In this document: one piece after another, positions 13,236 to 63,545 of the stretch
How the letters are laid out: each line of letters begins with the position of its first letter
How positions within the stretch are numbered: position 1 is the first letter of the stretch
NCBI GenBank assembly: GCA_976551045.1
Contig: CDPCPM010000074.1
Location: forward strand, 2,852,001-2,916,000
Direction of reading: 5' to 3'
Source of the DNA: Glaucostegus cemiculus
Taxonomy: Eukaryota
DNA: 64,000 bases
Notes under the pieces: generated by a model
What the model was told of the DNA's origin: nothing
Seen by the model: only the letters and a program-made list of their open reading frames with translations
The model's database searches: none
Program-made: the position numbers and the translations under genes

Positions 13236-14266
13236 TTTTTTTTAACAAAATAAACTTTATTCATAATAAAAGACAAACTATACACAATTATAAAACAGTG
13301 CAAACCTTTACATTCTTACAGGTCATTCATTAGTGTTACTTTTTTTATTTATAGAAAACAAAACAGCACCGATGCCACACATGTGGCTCCCTGGGGGCTA
13401 CCCGGTCCCGTATTTACAATACCTGGGGGCTTTCTTGCCTGACCCTGCCCCTCCCTCTGCAGTGGCAGAAGAACCCTAAACTGTAGTCCTTCCCCACCGA
13501 GCCTTTGCGTTGGCTGTACCTAGCACTGCATCTCTCAGCACGTACTCCTGCAACTTGGAATGTGCCAGTTGGTGGCATTCCCCTGCGGACATCTCACAGT
13601 GCTGGAAGACCAACGAGTTTCAGGCAGACCAAAGGGCATCTTTCACAGAGTTGATGACCTTCCAGCAGCAGTTGATATTCGTCTGTGTGTGTGTGCTCGG
13701 GAACAGCCCGTAGATCAGAGAATCCACTGTTACGCAGCTGCTGGGGATGAACCGTGACAAGGACCCTTGCATCTTTTGCCACACCCTCCTCGCAAACCTA
13801 CAGTCCACAAAGAGGTGGGCTACCGCCTCGTGCCCAGCACAGTCCTCCCAGGGGCAGCGCGCGCCGGGAGTGAGGTTCTAACTATAGGAGGGATCTGACT
13901 TGGAGGGCCCCTCTCACCGCCAGCCAAGCGAGTTCTTGCTGCTTGTTGGTGAGTTCTGGCGATAAGACATTCTGCCAGATGGTCTGGACAGTCTGCTCGG
14001 GGAACCACTCCACAGTATCCATTGAGTCCTTCTCCTGCAGTGACTGCAGGATGTTCCCTGCTGACCACTGCCTGATGGACCTGTGGTCAAAGGGGTTGGT
14101 CTGGAAGAACTTTCCCACGAAGGACAGGTAGCGCGGCAGCGTCCAGCTGACTGGGACGCCATGTGGCCACGGGGCCAGGTCCATCCTTCGCAACAGCGGG
14201 AACAGGTAGAACCTCAGCGCGTAGTGACACTTGGTGCCCACGTACTTGGGTTCCATTGAGCTTGTA
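13236..14266 (-). mobile_element. 5'-truncated Tx1/L1-clade non-LTR retrotransposon (ORF2 C-terminus with zinc knuckle, 3' UTR, polyA)
   Basis: Minus-strand peptides MEPKYVGTKCHYALRFYL...LAWLAVRGAL and CPWEDCAGHEAVAHLFVDC (CCHC, zf-RVT-like)...ARWGRTTV*, with a frameshift near 13882 and an in-frame stop at 13620. Minus-strand AATAAA at 13256-13261 and an A8 tail at 13236-13243. Confidence 0.85.
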
Positions 14267-14398
14267 AGGGGTGGGTGGGGAGGCATGTGTTGGCCGACAG
14301 GGGAGAGGGCAGTGCCCCTTTAAGAGGCGAGTGCGGCTCTGGCCGCGGCGCACGGCATGCTGGGAGCGCCAGCACCAACGGGAAACCTTCGCATCAAG

Positions 14399-14470
14399 AT
14401 GGCGGAGCGGGGAGCCGAGGGGTGGCGGTGGCCGCAGCAGCAGCTGCAGCGAGGTCCGGGCCGGCTGTAG
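14399..14470 (+). promoter_or_regulatory. Upstream ORF, 23 aa (MAERGAEGWRWPQQQLQRGPGRL*)
   Basis: ATG in strong AAGATGG context, TAG at 14468-14470, same frame as ATG 14684. Relevant only if the TSS lies upstream of 14399. Confidence 0.55.
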
Positions 14471-14683
14471 GAGACGTCCGGGGAGCCTGTCCTCCGCCTG
14501 CTCGGCAGCGTGAGCCGCGGGCACAGAGGAGAGAGAGAGAGCGAGCGAGCGAGCGAGGCAGAGAGAGACGGGGCCGGGGCTGGAGAGCCGAGGCTGCCCT
14601 CGCTACACCCAGCCCGCCTCCCGGCACGGCCTCCCTCACCCCCTCCCACCGCCGGCGCTGCCCCGCTTCCCACCCACTCTCGT

Positions 14684-52250
<37,567 letters not shown>

Positions 52251-54500
52251 AAGATGAATGTAAAGCGTGTGATAAAGAGTAAAATTATGGGTGTCAGTGT
52301 TCCTGTGTTTTTTTTAAAAAAGGCCATAAAGTATCTACAATAGTCAGCCATGACTCTGCCTCCCCTCTTGGGGATGTGGGGCTGGAACAGCAGATGTCAC
52401 TTGGGACACTGGGATGGAACAGCAGGTTTCAGCTACTTCTACAAACTTTTTTTGTTAGTGTGACTTTCATATCATTTGCTTGTATGTACAGTGAACTTTT
52501 TCTGAATATTTATTTTAAAGTTCCTGTGGGGGAGGGGGAAATTAATCATATGTTCCATTACTGAATTGATCCTTGAATGAATTTAAACAGGAGAAATTGT
52601 CCCAAATAACGTTCCTTGATTATCATCAATGTAATTTTTTTTTCACTACTTTGTTTCTTCTGAGGCACTCAGTTCTGGGAGCACTCTTCTCTTTCCCCCC
52701 ATCCCCATCAATGCTTTGGAGTTTAATAAGATTTAGATTGGTTTGGTGCAAGTGCTGCTGTTCTAGTCCCAGAGGGAGAATTTTTACTTACCTTTACATC
52801 TGATAAAGATGAAAAAGAACCTGGAATGTTAACTGCATTCTTAAGATCTTGCTTTAGTTACAGCACAAAAATTCTTGGGAAGATTTTAGAAAAAAATCTT
52901 CACTGCTCATTCTTGCAAGTCTGGAAATAAATTTCTGTTTAACTTTTCAACTCTTGCTGAATGTTGGAATGCTGGTCCACAGGATTTACTGACTTTTTAA
53001 TTCCACTGTTTATTTGACATTTTTGGAAACTCTCCCATACAATGGCAGAAAAGTTATTGACTTCATTGGGGGGGAAAAAAATAGAAGTGGAATAGTATGC
53101 AAAAGTGCCCTTGCAAGAATTGGAGCCAAAGTTTCCTCTTTTGTCTTTCCAACAGATTCAAAATTTACTGTGCTTTTTTTTAAAAAAAAACTTACTGTTC
53201 CTTCTCTTTTTATCTGCTGTACCTGAGCAATATATTCAGCAAGAACAACATTGTGCTTAATCCTATAGGCCTTTCATCATTTCTAATGGAGAAAAGGCTA
53301 ATTTGCATATGAGGTAATATGTGATATGCAGATTGTAGGTAGTGATAAGAAGGTATCAGCACTATTCAAACACTTTTTACTCATTGAGAAATGGACAAAG
53401 GATGTTAACAAGAATGATACTAAATAAAATGGAATACAACAATATCTTTATTGTTTACTGGCATGATAGGTAATCAGATTGAATGGTGTTCAGAATGTTT
53501 TATTGTGCAACTCTCTAGGTAAAACATAAGTCTACATATAGCTTGACAATCTATTTTTAAGCATCACTATCCTGTAGTTTTAAGCAACTTTTGTCCAGTT
53601 CAGATTTTAAAGTAATAGTCCTACCCATTGCTGAAAGGCATGAATCATACTGTTTGTGTATACCTCTCCCATAATTTTCCCAGTTTATTACCAATTTGGA
53701 CAGATTGATTCAATTTGCTGTTAAATTGTCTTTACAGAATACTGTATTGTAATATTACATAAAGAGCAATGGGCATTAAGAAATTTCCTAGAATTAAAGG
53801 ATTTTGTAAAAGGCCACCTAAAACCAGGCTAATGATGCTTTATGTTTTATCCAAACTTGAACAATTAGCGCAAGTTACTAATGTTTGCACAGACATTCTT
53901 TTTGGGGCTTCTGTATTTTTAGCTGCTAAAACAGCTAGTCCTTTTGGCTTTTTGCCCATGACCTGGTATTCTAATACAAGCAATTCGTATTTTAAAAAAA
54001 AGTATATCAGAAGCTTTTGTTGAGAGCTTATGCAAATGTTACATCAAAACAATTGCTTAAGTCGTGTTTGATAGGAAAGGGGTCGGATCTTAAATGGCAA
54101 GATCGCTGCCTTTATTGGATGACTTTAAATGAAAACTACCTTTTTGGTTTTTTTTGCATTACACATTATGTAATTTAGTTGGGTATCCAAATATAAAAAA
54201 AATCATGTGTAAGTGAATGTCTGTTAATTTTCCTTCCAAATTATTTATAGCTTAGTTTATTAATCCAGTTATGTTGAAAGTTCCTTTTAGTCTGACTGCC
54301 TTGCACATAAGTATCCATGAGACAAAACTGAAAATGAAAACTGTTTATTGACTGACTTAGATTTACTTCTGCTACTTGTATTTAATTCAGGTTACAGTTT
54401 AGTATAATATCCATGATAGATTTTAGAGTTGTGGAGCATTCTGAAAAATGCCTTAAAGATAGTGTGAAGCTATAAACAGTGATTCAACTTCCATTATCAT
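52251..54500 (+). other. Probable UBE3A 3' UTR (3' end uncertain)
   Basis: U/A-rich sequence after the stop with no recognisable retroelement until about 54800. AATAAA at 52926-52931 (followed by U-rich sequence) and at 53423-53428. Confidence 0.6.
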
Positions 54501-54799
54501 TCTTGCTATTCTTGGTTAAAATCTGCACTAATGAGGGTAGTCATCTGGAGCAACCCTTCTGATTTTGATCAGCCATTGACAGTTGTAATTGTTTTGAGTA
54601 CCCCATCCAACATAAATGTGTCTTTGAAGTGAGGAGTTGGTATCTCGTACATAGTGCATTACTTCATCAATCTTTTCCAGAAATGCATTATGTTTGTAGA
54701 GCTGGTTTCCTCCGGCTGAAACAGTTCCAAGCAGGACAAGGATGCTGGCAGCTGCTGCTATTAAAAACTGCAGCTATTTTGGCATTACATGAAAGTGAG

Positions 54800-55265
54800 A
54801 TTTTCCTGGCTATTTGGTCTTATATAAAGAAGGATATACTTGCATTAGAGGCAGTTCATTAAAGGTGCACTTAGTTGCTTTCTGGGTGAAGAAAGTGAGG
54901 TAAGTTAGGTGGGTCAGCCCTACATTCAGTGGCGTTTAGAAGAATGAGAGGTGAACATTGAAATATAACAGTATTCTGAAGGGACTTCACAGGGTAAATA
55001 CAAATAAATGTTTTCCTATGGGAAAGTTCAGAATAAGGGGATGTCTGTTTAAAATGAAAATTTCCAGATTTGTGAATCTGGAATGCTGTATCTCTAAGTG
55101 CTGGAGGCTTCATCATTGAATATATTGGGCAAGATTTTTGCTCTCTATAGGAGTTGAAGTTATTGGGAACAACAGAAAATTAAACTGATCCCATGACCAG
55201 GCCAGTCTTGATCTTATTTAATAGTAGAACAAGCTTAAGGTGCCATGTGTCCCAGCCCTCCTATT
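54800..55265 (+). mobile_element. Old CR1-like LINE 3' fragment
   Basis: 'aagaaggatatacttgcattagaggcagt...agaagaatgagaggtga' is a CR1 ORF2 end. Confidence 0.7.
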
Positions 55266-58200
55266 TATTTTTTCTCCCATATTGTGTAGGATTGCTGTTT
55301 CCTTTTTCAAATATATTAGGGGACCACTGGGCTGAAATGCTCTTAGAACTCTGGTTACTTTAGATGGAATTAAAAATGTGCTTCCTGGTGTAAGCATGTG
55401 AAAAGGACAAGGCTTTAAATATTTTCAAGATAGGAATTTTCACATCGCATGGTTTTCTCTAGAAACATAGTGTTGTGGGAGCAGCATAAGACATCTTTGA
55501 TGTATTTTGAAACCACTGAAGAATATTTTGGGGATGGTTTCAAACAGCAGTTCTTTATTTAGCCAATTAATATAAAACTAAGTATGAACCATGAAGATTT
55601 CTGATCTGGATCAGAACCACGGTGCTTCTAAACATTTGAGAGAATTTATTCAAGGGATTATTTTGGACCTTTTGTCAGGTTTAAAGGCTGAAATCATTCA
55701 AACTAACTCAGTTAAAATGGGAACTGAAACCTGAATCACAATGGTAACTGGTTCCCAACAGTTTTTAATAACATTAGATGGAATTTAAATAGCTTTCTTA
55801 ACTTTTTTAAATTTAATTTTTTAAAAATTTTATTTACAATGTGGTAACAGGCCCTTTCGGCCAGTTGGAGGGGGGAGGGACATCCTATATGCAATAAGTA
55901 TTTCTCTTGTTAGAGCCAAGGAGGGAAGCTGGAAAAATTTTTGGACACAAAAGGTGGAGATTTAAATAACATGGAGGTTTTGACCATCTTGGGAGCCCAA
56001 GCCAACTTAGAACAGCTGTGATTATTTTAAATGATGGGGCAGGCTTGAGGGGCTAGGTGGCCTCCTATTTTCTTGTATTCATTAGAATAAATTTTGCAGG
56101 GAGTTCAGGTGATCCTTAAAGATAGAGTAAACCAAATGATGGAAGTACCAGCTGTGTGGAATAAATGTTTGTCTCCTTCTATCCTAGTGGTTGTCTTTGG
56201 AGATACTGCTGAAATCTCAGTAAAAAAACAACCGAACTCCTTTATAAAGTAGCTTAGTTCCTAACAGTTCTCACCACCTTTTGGGCTTCCAGTACATGAT
56301 CACCTACAAATAATCCAAAATGTGGAAGTTAGTAGGTGATCTCCTGTTTCCAACAACCATGCAGCGAGCACAGCTTTGTGTGGCCCTGAAATCAACTGTT
56401 CTTGCATGAGGATATTGTGAAGCTTCTAAATTGATCTAACTGAAGGGAAATGTGTCTCAACTGAAATCAATGCTTGAAAGAACCACAAGAAACTGCAGTG
56501 CTCAAATCTGAAGCAAAAAACAAACTTTTGGAGAAACTTGAGTTGAGCAGCATCTTTCATGGGGGGGTGCAAAGTGTCAGGGTGGAGGAATTGACAACAT
56601 TTTGGATGGAAACCTTGCATTGATCGTAATTCTACGTGGGGAAAGAACTTCCTGTACCATGAGAACAAGTAAAGCTTTGAGGATGGACGTCACTGAATTT
56701 TTTTTTTGAAAATTAACATGGCACACCCAGAATTACCTGTAACAGTCCCCTATGAGGGTCAGTATAGGTAGACTTGATCAGCTGAAATAACTTCCTCCTT
56801 TGTTGTAAGGAAATCTGGAAGCTTACATTTAGTGTCTGTGTTTTAAACTAATAATGTGGGGTGATGTGATGGAAAGAGCCCTAAACACTAGTTGCTAATT
56901 TGTTGGTGTTCATAAAGACTTGGCCTTTAACCACACAGCGTGAGGCAATATGTGTACATGTGGTCCTGGACTGAGTAGACTGAGCTCATTAGGTGGTCAT
57001 GTTCAGCCAGCTCTTGTACCTATCAGAACCACAGTTCCGATGCTGTTGTGCACAGATTAGTGAAGGATATACCAGGTGACTAAGTTGTTTTTCTGGGAAT
57101 TTGAGTTTGGGTTCTGCATGAATTGTCCAATTGCCTTTTAAATTTACCTTTTTTTTAAAAACATTCTCACTGTCACGCCATGATTGTGAATACGACATCA
57201 TGGAAAATGCATGCTAAATGACATTGATGTTTGCAATTCCTCCAGTTTTAGTGTTAAAAGTTGGTTGGTACTGTTAATTTTATTAACATATTTCAGTAAT
57301 TTTTATCTCATTTCTGAAGCTGTGTCACAGGGTCAGTGTATTCAATAAAGTTCTGACTGGATATTTGATCTGGAAATAGAATTTGGGGGTTACAAAGCTT
57401 TATTCCTAGCCTAAAATACAATCAGAATGCTGGATATACTCAGGCCAGCCACATCTGTGGGAAGAGAAACGGCTAACGTTTCAGATAGAAGACCCTTTGT
57501 TCAGAACTGGGATGGAAACAAAAGAAAAGCTGCAGGGGGAGGAGTGAAGAGTTTCCATTGACTCTAAAGATTAGTTCCAGTCCTGTGGGAAGATAGTTGG
57601 AGGTGAGGTGGGACATTACTAAAATACTGCTTTTCATTTTTTTTTACATTTTACAATGACACAATCTTGTTTGCTACTTCCTTGAAAATGATTCTATTGT
57701 AGGCTTCTATGGTATCATGGACCAGGGGTAAGATGGAGATGATATTCTGTGGACAACCAGATTTAAGGAGAGTGTACTACAGGTTCTCCTGACTGGAGAC
57801 AAAGACTTTGAGGTTAGGAAAAGGCCATGTATGGTGCCTGGTGCTGCTTCCTGCATTTTTCTTGACGCTGTAGCTTGAAGGTAATGTCCACACTGTGAAT
57901 GAGCAGAATCTACACAGTGATTGGGAGAGTAGCTGTTTGGCCATGAGGATGGTGTATAGAGGAGGACCCTGGCAGTGACATTCCCAGTAGCAGACTGAAA
58001 TTACCACGATTGATCCTGACTCCTTTCTTAAAAATGATCTCAGTTACAGCATCCCTGAGGTCCCAGGGAATATCCTCCTTAATGCATGTATTCAGAGAAG
58101 GCTGTGGATTTGTGACTGAAACTCCTCATTGCTGAGTTTTGGGATTTCAGTTTGAATATCATCTGCTTCCAAGGCCTTGTTATTTTTGAGTTGGGATAGA

Positions 58201-59411
58201 ATACTTGAAGGTGACAATATTGATCAGGGATTTATTTTCTGTTTTAACTATCTGAAGTCAATGACACTCATTAAATCTCTGCAATCATAATCAAGAGCCA
58301 CTTGTTTAGGTTATTAACAGCACTATTCTGCTACTATTTGGTATGTACCATTGCAAGATCATCTGTCGACCCAGATTTAACTTAATTTTATCATTCTTTA
58401 ATGCTCGTGTGGTCTTTTGGTTGAGAATTGCAGGCACACCCTTAGTCAGCATTCGTTCTGACGAGCTGCAGATCTGATCACATCGCAAGTAGGAATTCAG
58501 TTTCTTCCTTTCCTCCACCCTCCTCTACCTATTATTAGCCTGACAGAATCTAAAATCCATCTGTAAGTAGTGCATGAGTGTTTACGGCTGCGTGATGAAC
58601 ATCAGTTAGAGCGCAGCCTGTCAAGTGCAAGCTCATATTTACATAAATGATTTTGAATATTCCAGAGCTTGGACTGAACACACAGACCTGTGATTGCAAT
58701 ATGATACTGTTTCTCATAAAGAGTATTAATCCCAAGGACGATCCTCTCAGATTTGGGTCTAGTTTGAGAGGAGCAGAAAAAGTAAGAATGATAACACTGC
58801 AGATTAGGCAGGCCATGATCCCTGCTTGCTAGCTTTCCCACAGAGAATCATTGAATATTCACAATTGGTTCCTGTCATTTTTTTAGGCAGAAAAAAAATA
58901 TTACTTTCTTTGCATTTTACATTTTAGTCATATAGCACAGAAACTGATTTAAGAGGTCAGATCAGCATAAGAGGACACCTTATATATTTGTACATCATTC
59001 CTCCAATTATATTAATAGGCAGCATGCTCTTCTGGTACCAAATGGTGCAATAGTTTAACTAAAGGTTTGATCCCTCATTAACTTAATCCTTGGCCTTAAC
59101 TTAATAGCTATAATTCCCGTGGAAAGGAATTTGCACGTCAGTTGAGTTTAGGGCAATGATAACAATGGCTCAATGACAAGACTTGTGGTACAGAAATTAG
59201 GTTCCAGTCCTAATCATTAGAGAATTCAACTAGGCTGATAATGCACTGTTACACTATAACATGTGTCTTTCATGTTAATGCCAATTCCTATTGATTTTGC
59301 ATTGTGGAAAAGATGTTGCACAGGTCTTTTTACTCTTGACTATCTGATCCATATAATTTAAAAGCCACTGCATGTTTGTGCAACCATAAATTTAACCTGT
59401 ACCCTGTAATA

Positions 59412-59688
59412 ACCACAAGAGGACATAGGTTTAAGGTGCTGGGGAGTAGATCTAGTGATGTCAGGGAAAAGTTTTTTTACTCAGAGTGGTGAGTGTGGAA
59501 TGGGTTGCCGAAAGCAGTGGTGGAGGTGGATACAATAGAGTCTTTCAAAAGACTGTTAGATAGGTACATGGAGCTAAGTAAGATAGAGGGCTATGGGAAT
59601 GCCCAGTAATTTCTAGGGTAGGGACATGTTCAGCACAGCTTTGTGGGCCGAAGGGCCTGAATTGTGCTGTGGTTTTTCTATGTTCTAA
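59412..59688 (+). mobile_element. CR1-like 3' end, same subfamily as 48047-48320
   Basis: Close match starting ccacaagaggacataggtttaaggtgctggggagtagat. Confidence 0.85.
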
Positions 59689-60209
59689 TAAAGCTGATAT
59701 ATTGTGTGTTTATTAAAGAAATCCCAAAGCTCAACGCATTTAATCTGCCATATAAATTCTGCCTAACTATCAAATCCACTGGAACTTTATAATATTTATG
59801 CTTTTTCATTAATCACTTATAACTAGTGGTCATTTTCCACAACATAATTCTTCCTTGGTCTGAAAGCTGAGAAGCAGTTACGGAGTCATAGTCGTACAAC
59901 ATGGAAACAGGTCTTCTGGTCTGACCATCAAGTGCCGACCCAAATTGACCCTACCCTAACCCCATTTTTTTACTCCCCAAATTTCCTCCCTTCCCCCCCC
60001 ACCAGATTCAACCACTCACCTACCAAATAGGTGCAATTTACATTTGCCAGTTAACCTACCACCTACCTGCCCGGTATGGGATATGGGAGGAACCCCGTGC
60101 AGTCACAAGAGCAAAGCAAATTGTGCATGGAAGGTACCATAGTTCAGGATTGAACCTGGGTTGCTGGCACTGTGAGGCACTGGCTCTTCTCACTGTGCCA
60201 ATGTTTCAC

Positions 60210-61880
60210 ATAGAAATGGTCAAATAGGAGTCTATATTAACACAAGTTCTTCAGCCTAATCCCACCTTCCAGCTCCAGATCTGCAGGTCTTGTCCCTTCA
60301 TATACACCTCCTAGTGCATCTTCTAAATATAACCCTCCTAAGCCATGAGTTCCTATTGCCCTTGGGGTAGGGAAAATTCCTTGTTTCCCCTTAATTCTCG
60401 CAATTATTTGAAATCTATACCCTGACCTTTGACCCCACTGCTTCAGGAAAATGGTTCCTATTTATTCTAAGTTCCTTAATTAAGTTTCCTCAAGCTCCTG
60501 CTCCAAAGAAAACAACCCTAGCTTATGAAACCTTTCATCATGGTTGCAATTTTTCAATCCCATCAACATCTTTCTAAATTTCCTCTGCATTCCCTCCAAT
60601 GGACTCACACCTGTCCTGGAATATAGTGACCAGAACTTTGCAGGATACTCAAGCAATGACCCAACTAGTGTTGCACAGGGCTGTAGCACAACCTTCTTGC
60701 ATTCTATGTTACAACCAAAAAGCAGTGGCATTTCACACCATTCTAACTACTTGTCCGGCTACTTCCAAGGTCCTGCTGTTCTTCTACACAACTCCTTATC
60801 CTTCCACTTATAACCCATTGTCCTCTCTTGGCTTGCTCCATCTCCCCAAATGCATTACCTCATTCATCATGATTCAATTCCATTTGTTATTTCATACCCA
60901 ACTGAGCAATACCCAGATATTCCTTCAGCTTAAATCTTACTTCCTTGCTCTCACCACATAATTTGTACCAACTGCAGATTTCTCTTATAATTAATGTACA
61001 TTGCCAAAGCCAAGTGATCATGCACTGAGCCCTGTGATACCAAATGGCATCTGACTTACACTCACAAAAACACACATTGCTTCCACCTACTAAGCCAAAG
61101 GTGGATCTAATTTGCCACTCTAAATCTCATAGGCTTTTACGTTATCAACCAGCATACCATGTGGGACCTTGTCCAAATCCTTGCTGAAATTAACGTAGAC
61201 TAAATGAAACTAACTGCCCTCTGGCATCTTCTGTGTTATTTCCCAAAGAGTTTAATCAAATTAGTAAATCACAACCTTAACTTAAATCCTGCGTCCTGGA
61301 TTAACCAATGCCTTTTCAAATAAGGTTTATATGGTCCCTTTAGAATGGCTTCCATGAAATTTTCCAGCCACCAAATTTAAATGAATTGGCCTGTAATTAC
61401 TAGATTTATCCCGTTTTGAAATTTAGGGCACAATATTAGCAGTCCTTTAACCTTCTGGCATCACTTTTGTAGATGACAAATCTATTAGAGCCTCTGCAAT
61501 TTCCTCTCTTATTTTAACAGCCTTGGGTATATTTCCATCCAGACCCGGTAATTGATCCATTTTCAATACATCCTCTCAGACTATGTTTATCCCTTCCAAT
61601 ATTTCACATTAATTCGCCTCAGTTACAACATTGACATTGGTGCCCTTTTATCTGAAGATGATTTGCAAAAATTCATTAAGTTTCTTCACCTTGTCCTACA
61701 CTTACACCCAGGTTACCTTCTTGGTTCCTAATAGACCCTACCTTTTCCTTGGTTATCCTCTTAGTCTTTATGTATTTAGTTAAAGCATCTTGGGATTTTC
61801 TTTGCTTTTACTTGCTAATAATTTTTCAGACCATCTTTTTGCTTTCCTGTTATACCTTTTTAATTTCACTTATACCAACT
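60210..61880 (-). mobile_element. Old CR1-like LINE remnant
   Basis: Minus-strand peptide LV..LLEYPAKFWSLYSRT...LEGMQRKFRKM...KLGLFSLEQ, plus an 'ataccatgtgggaccttgtccaaatccttgctgaa' RT signature. Confidence 0.7.
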
Positions 61881-61949
61881 TGCATATTAGGAGCAGGAAT
61901 CAGGCCCTCAAGCCTGCTTTGTCATATAATAAAGATCATGACTGAGCAT

Positions 61950-63545
61950 TATAAAGGGAAACCGAGAGTAGACATAAAGAGACCCTTTTTTTCCAATTGG
62001 CAAGACGTAATAACTCGTGTCGAAAGAATCAATGACCCTCAAATTTTGACAGTTTTTATAAATGATTTGGATGAAGGGACCGAAGATATGGTTGCTAATT
62101 TTGTTGATAATATAAAGTAAGGTAGGAATGTAAGTTGTGAAGAGGACACAAGGATGCTACAGTGGAATTTAGATTGGAAAAGACTTGTCAAATGGAGTAT
62201 AATGGGGAAAACATGAAATTGCCCATTTTTCCATAAAATATAAATAGGAATATTAACTCATTGCTGAGAGATCATAGAGATCTGAATTGAAGAGGGTGTC
62301 ATGGTGTGTGGTTTGCAAAAGGTAGGTATACAGGTGCATCAAGTAATTAGTAAAGCTAACAATGTTAATATTTATTCTTAGGGGAACTGAGTACAAAAGT
62401 AGGGAGGTTATATTTCAGTAATGTAGGGCATTGGTGAAATACATCTGGAGTAGTGTACAGAATCTGTCTCTTTATTTAAAGAAGGATGCACTGGAAGCAG
62501 ATCAGAGAAGGTTTACTTGTCTAATACCTGGAAATAGCACGTTGTCTTATGAGGAAAAGTTGGACAAACTAGACTTGTATCTGCTGAAGCTTAAAAGTAT
62601 GAGATGGACTGGATTGAAACAAATAAGATCCTGAGGAATCTGGAGAGGGCAGATGTGGAGATGTGCTTCCTTCAGCGGGAGAATCTGCAGTGAAGGATCA
62701 TTGTTCAAAAATAAGGAGTTGCCCATTTAAAACAGAAGTGAGGTGACCTTTTCCTCTGAAGGTTTGCTTCCTGTGTCCTTTAACAAAGAGAACATTTGAA
62801 TATTCTTTAGGCAGAGGGAGATCAATGTTTAATAAGCAGTGGGGTAACAAGTTACCACAGGTGGACAGGACTGCAGAGTTGAAGTTACAATCAGATCAGC
62901 CATGATCTTACTAAATGGCAAAGCAGACTTGAGGAACTGAGTGGTCTACTTCTGCTCTTGTATAAAACTTTGATTAGGCTGCATTTGGAGTATTGTATTC
63001 AGTTCTGGTCACCCCATTACAGGAAGAATGTGGAGGCTTTGGAGAGTGTGCAGAGGAGGTTCACCAGGATGCTGCCTGGATTGGAGAGTATTTGCTTAAA
63101 GGAGAGGTTGGACAAGTTGGATGGTTTTCTCTAGAATGTTGGAGACTGAAGGGAGACCTGATAGAAGTTTATAAAATTCTGAGAGGCGTGAATAGGGTAA
63201 GTAGTCAGAGTCTCTTTCCCAGGGTAGATATAGTGATTGAAATTGATAGTGATTGAAAATTCCTCAATAGAAATTGTCAAATACTAGAGGGCATAGAGGG
63301 AGAAAGTTCAAGGGAGATGTGCAGGGCAAGTCATTTAGTGGTAGGCGCCTGGAATGTCAGGGGGTGCTGGTGGAAGCAGGTACGCTAGTGGCACTTAAGA
63401 GGCATTTAGACACACATGAACACGAAGGGAGTGTAGAGATTGGATCATGTGCAGGTAGATGGGATAATGTTATTTGGCATTGTGATCGGCACAAACATCG
63501 TGGGCTGAAGGGTCTGCTCCTGTGCTGTACTGTTCTGTGTTCTAC
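61950..63545 (+). mobile_element. Two tandem CR1-like LINE 3' fragments
   Basis: Peptides FINDLDEGTEDMVANFVD and RLKGDLIEVYKILRG...SNTRGH; two CR1 tails near 62960 and 63540. Confidence 0.8.

Noticed and set aside
13229-14361. GGCATGCT on both sides of the Tx1 element as a target-site duplication
   Set aside because: The right copy (14354-14361) is about 90 bp beyond the end of LINE homology, inside promoter-like sequence; an 8-mer match is plausible by chance.
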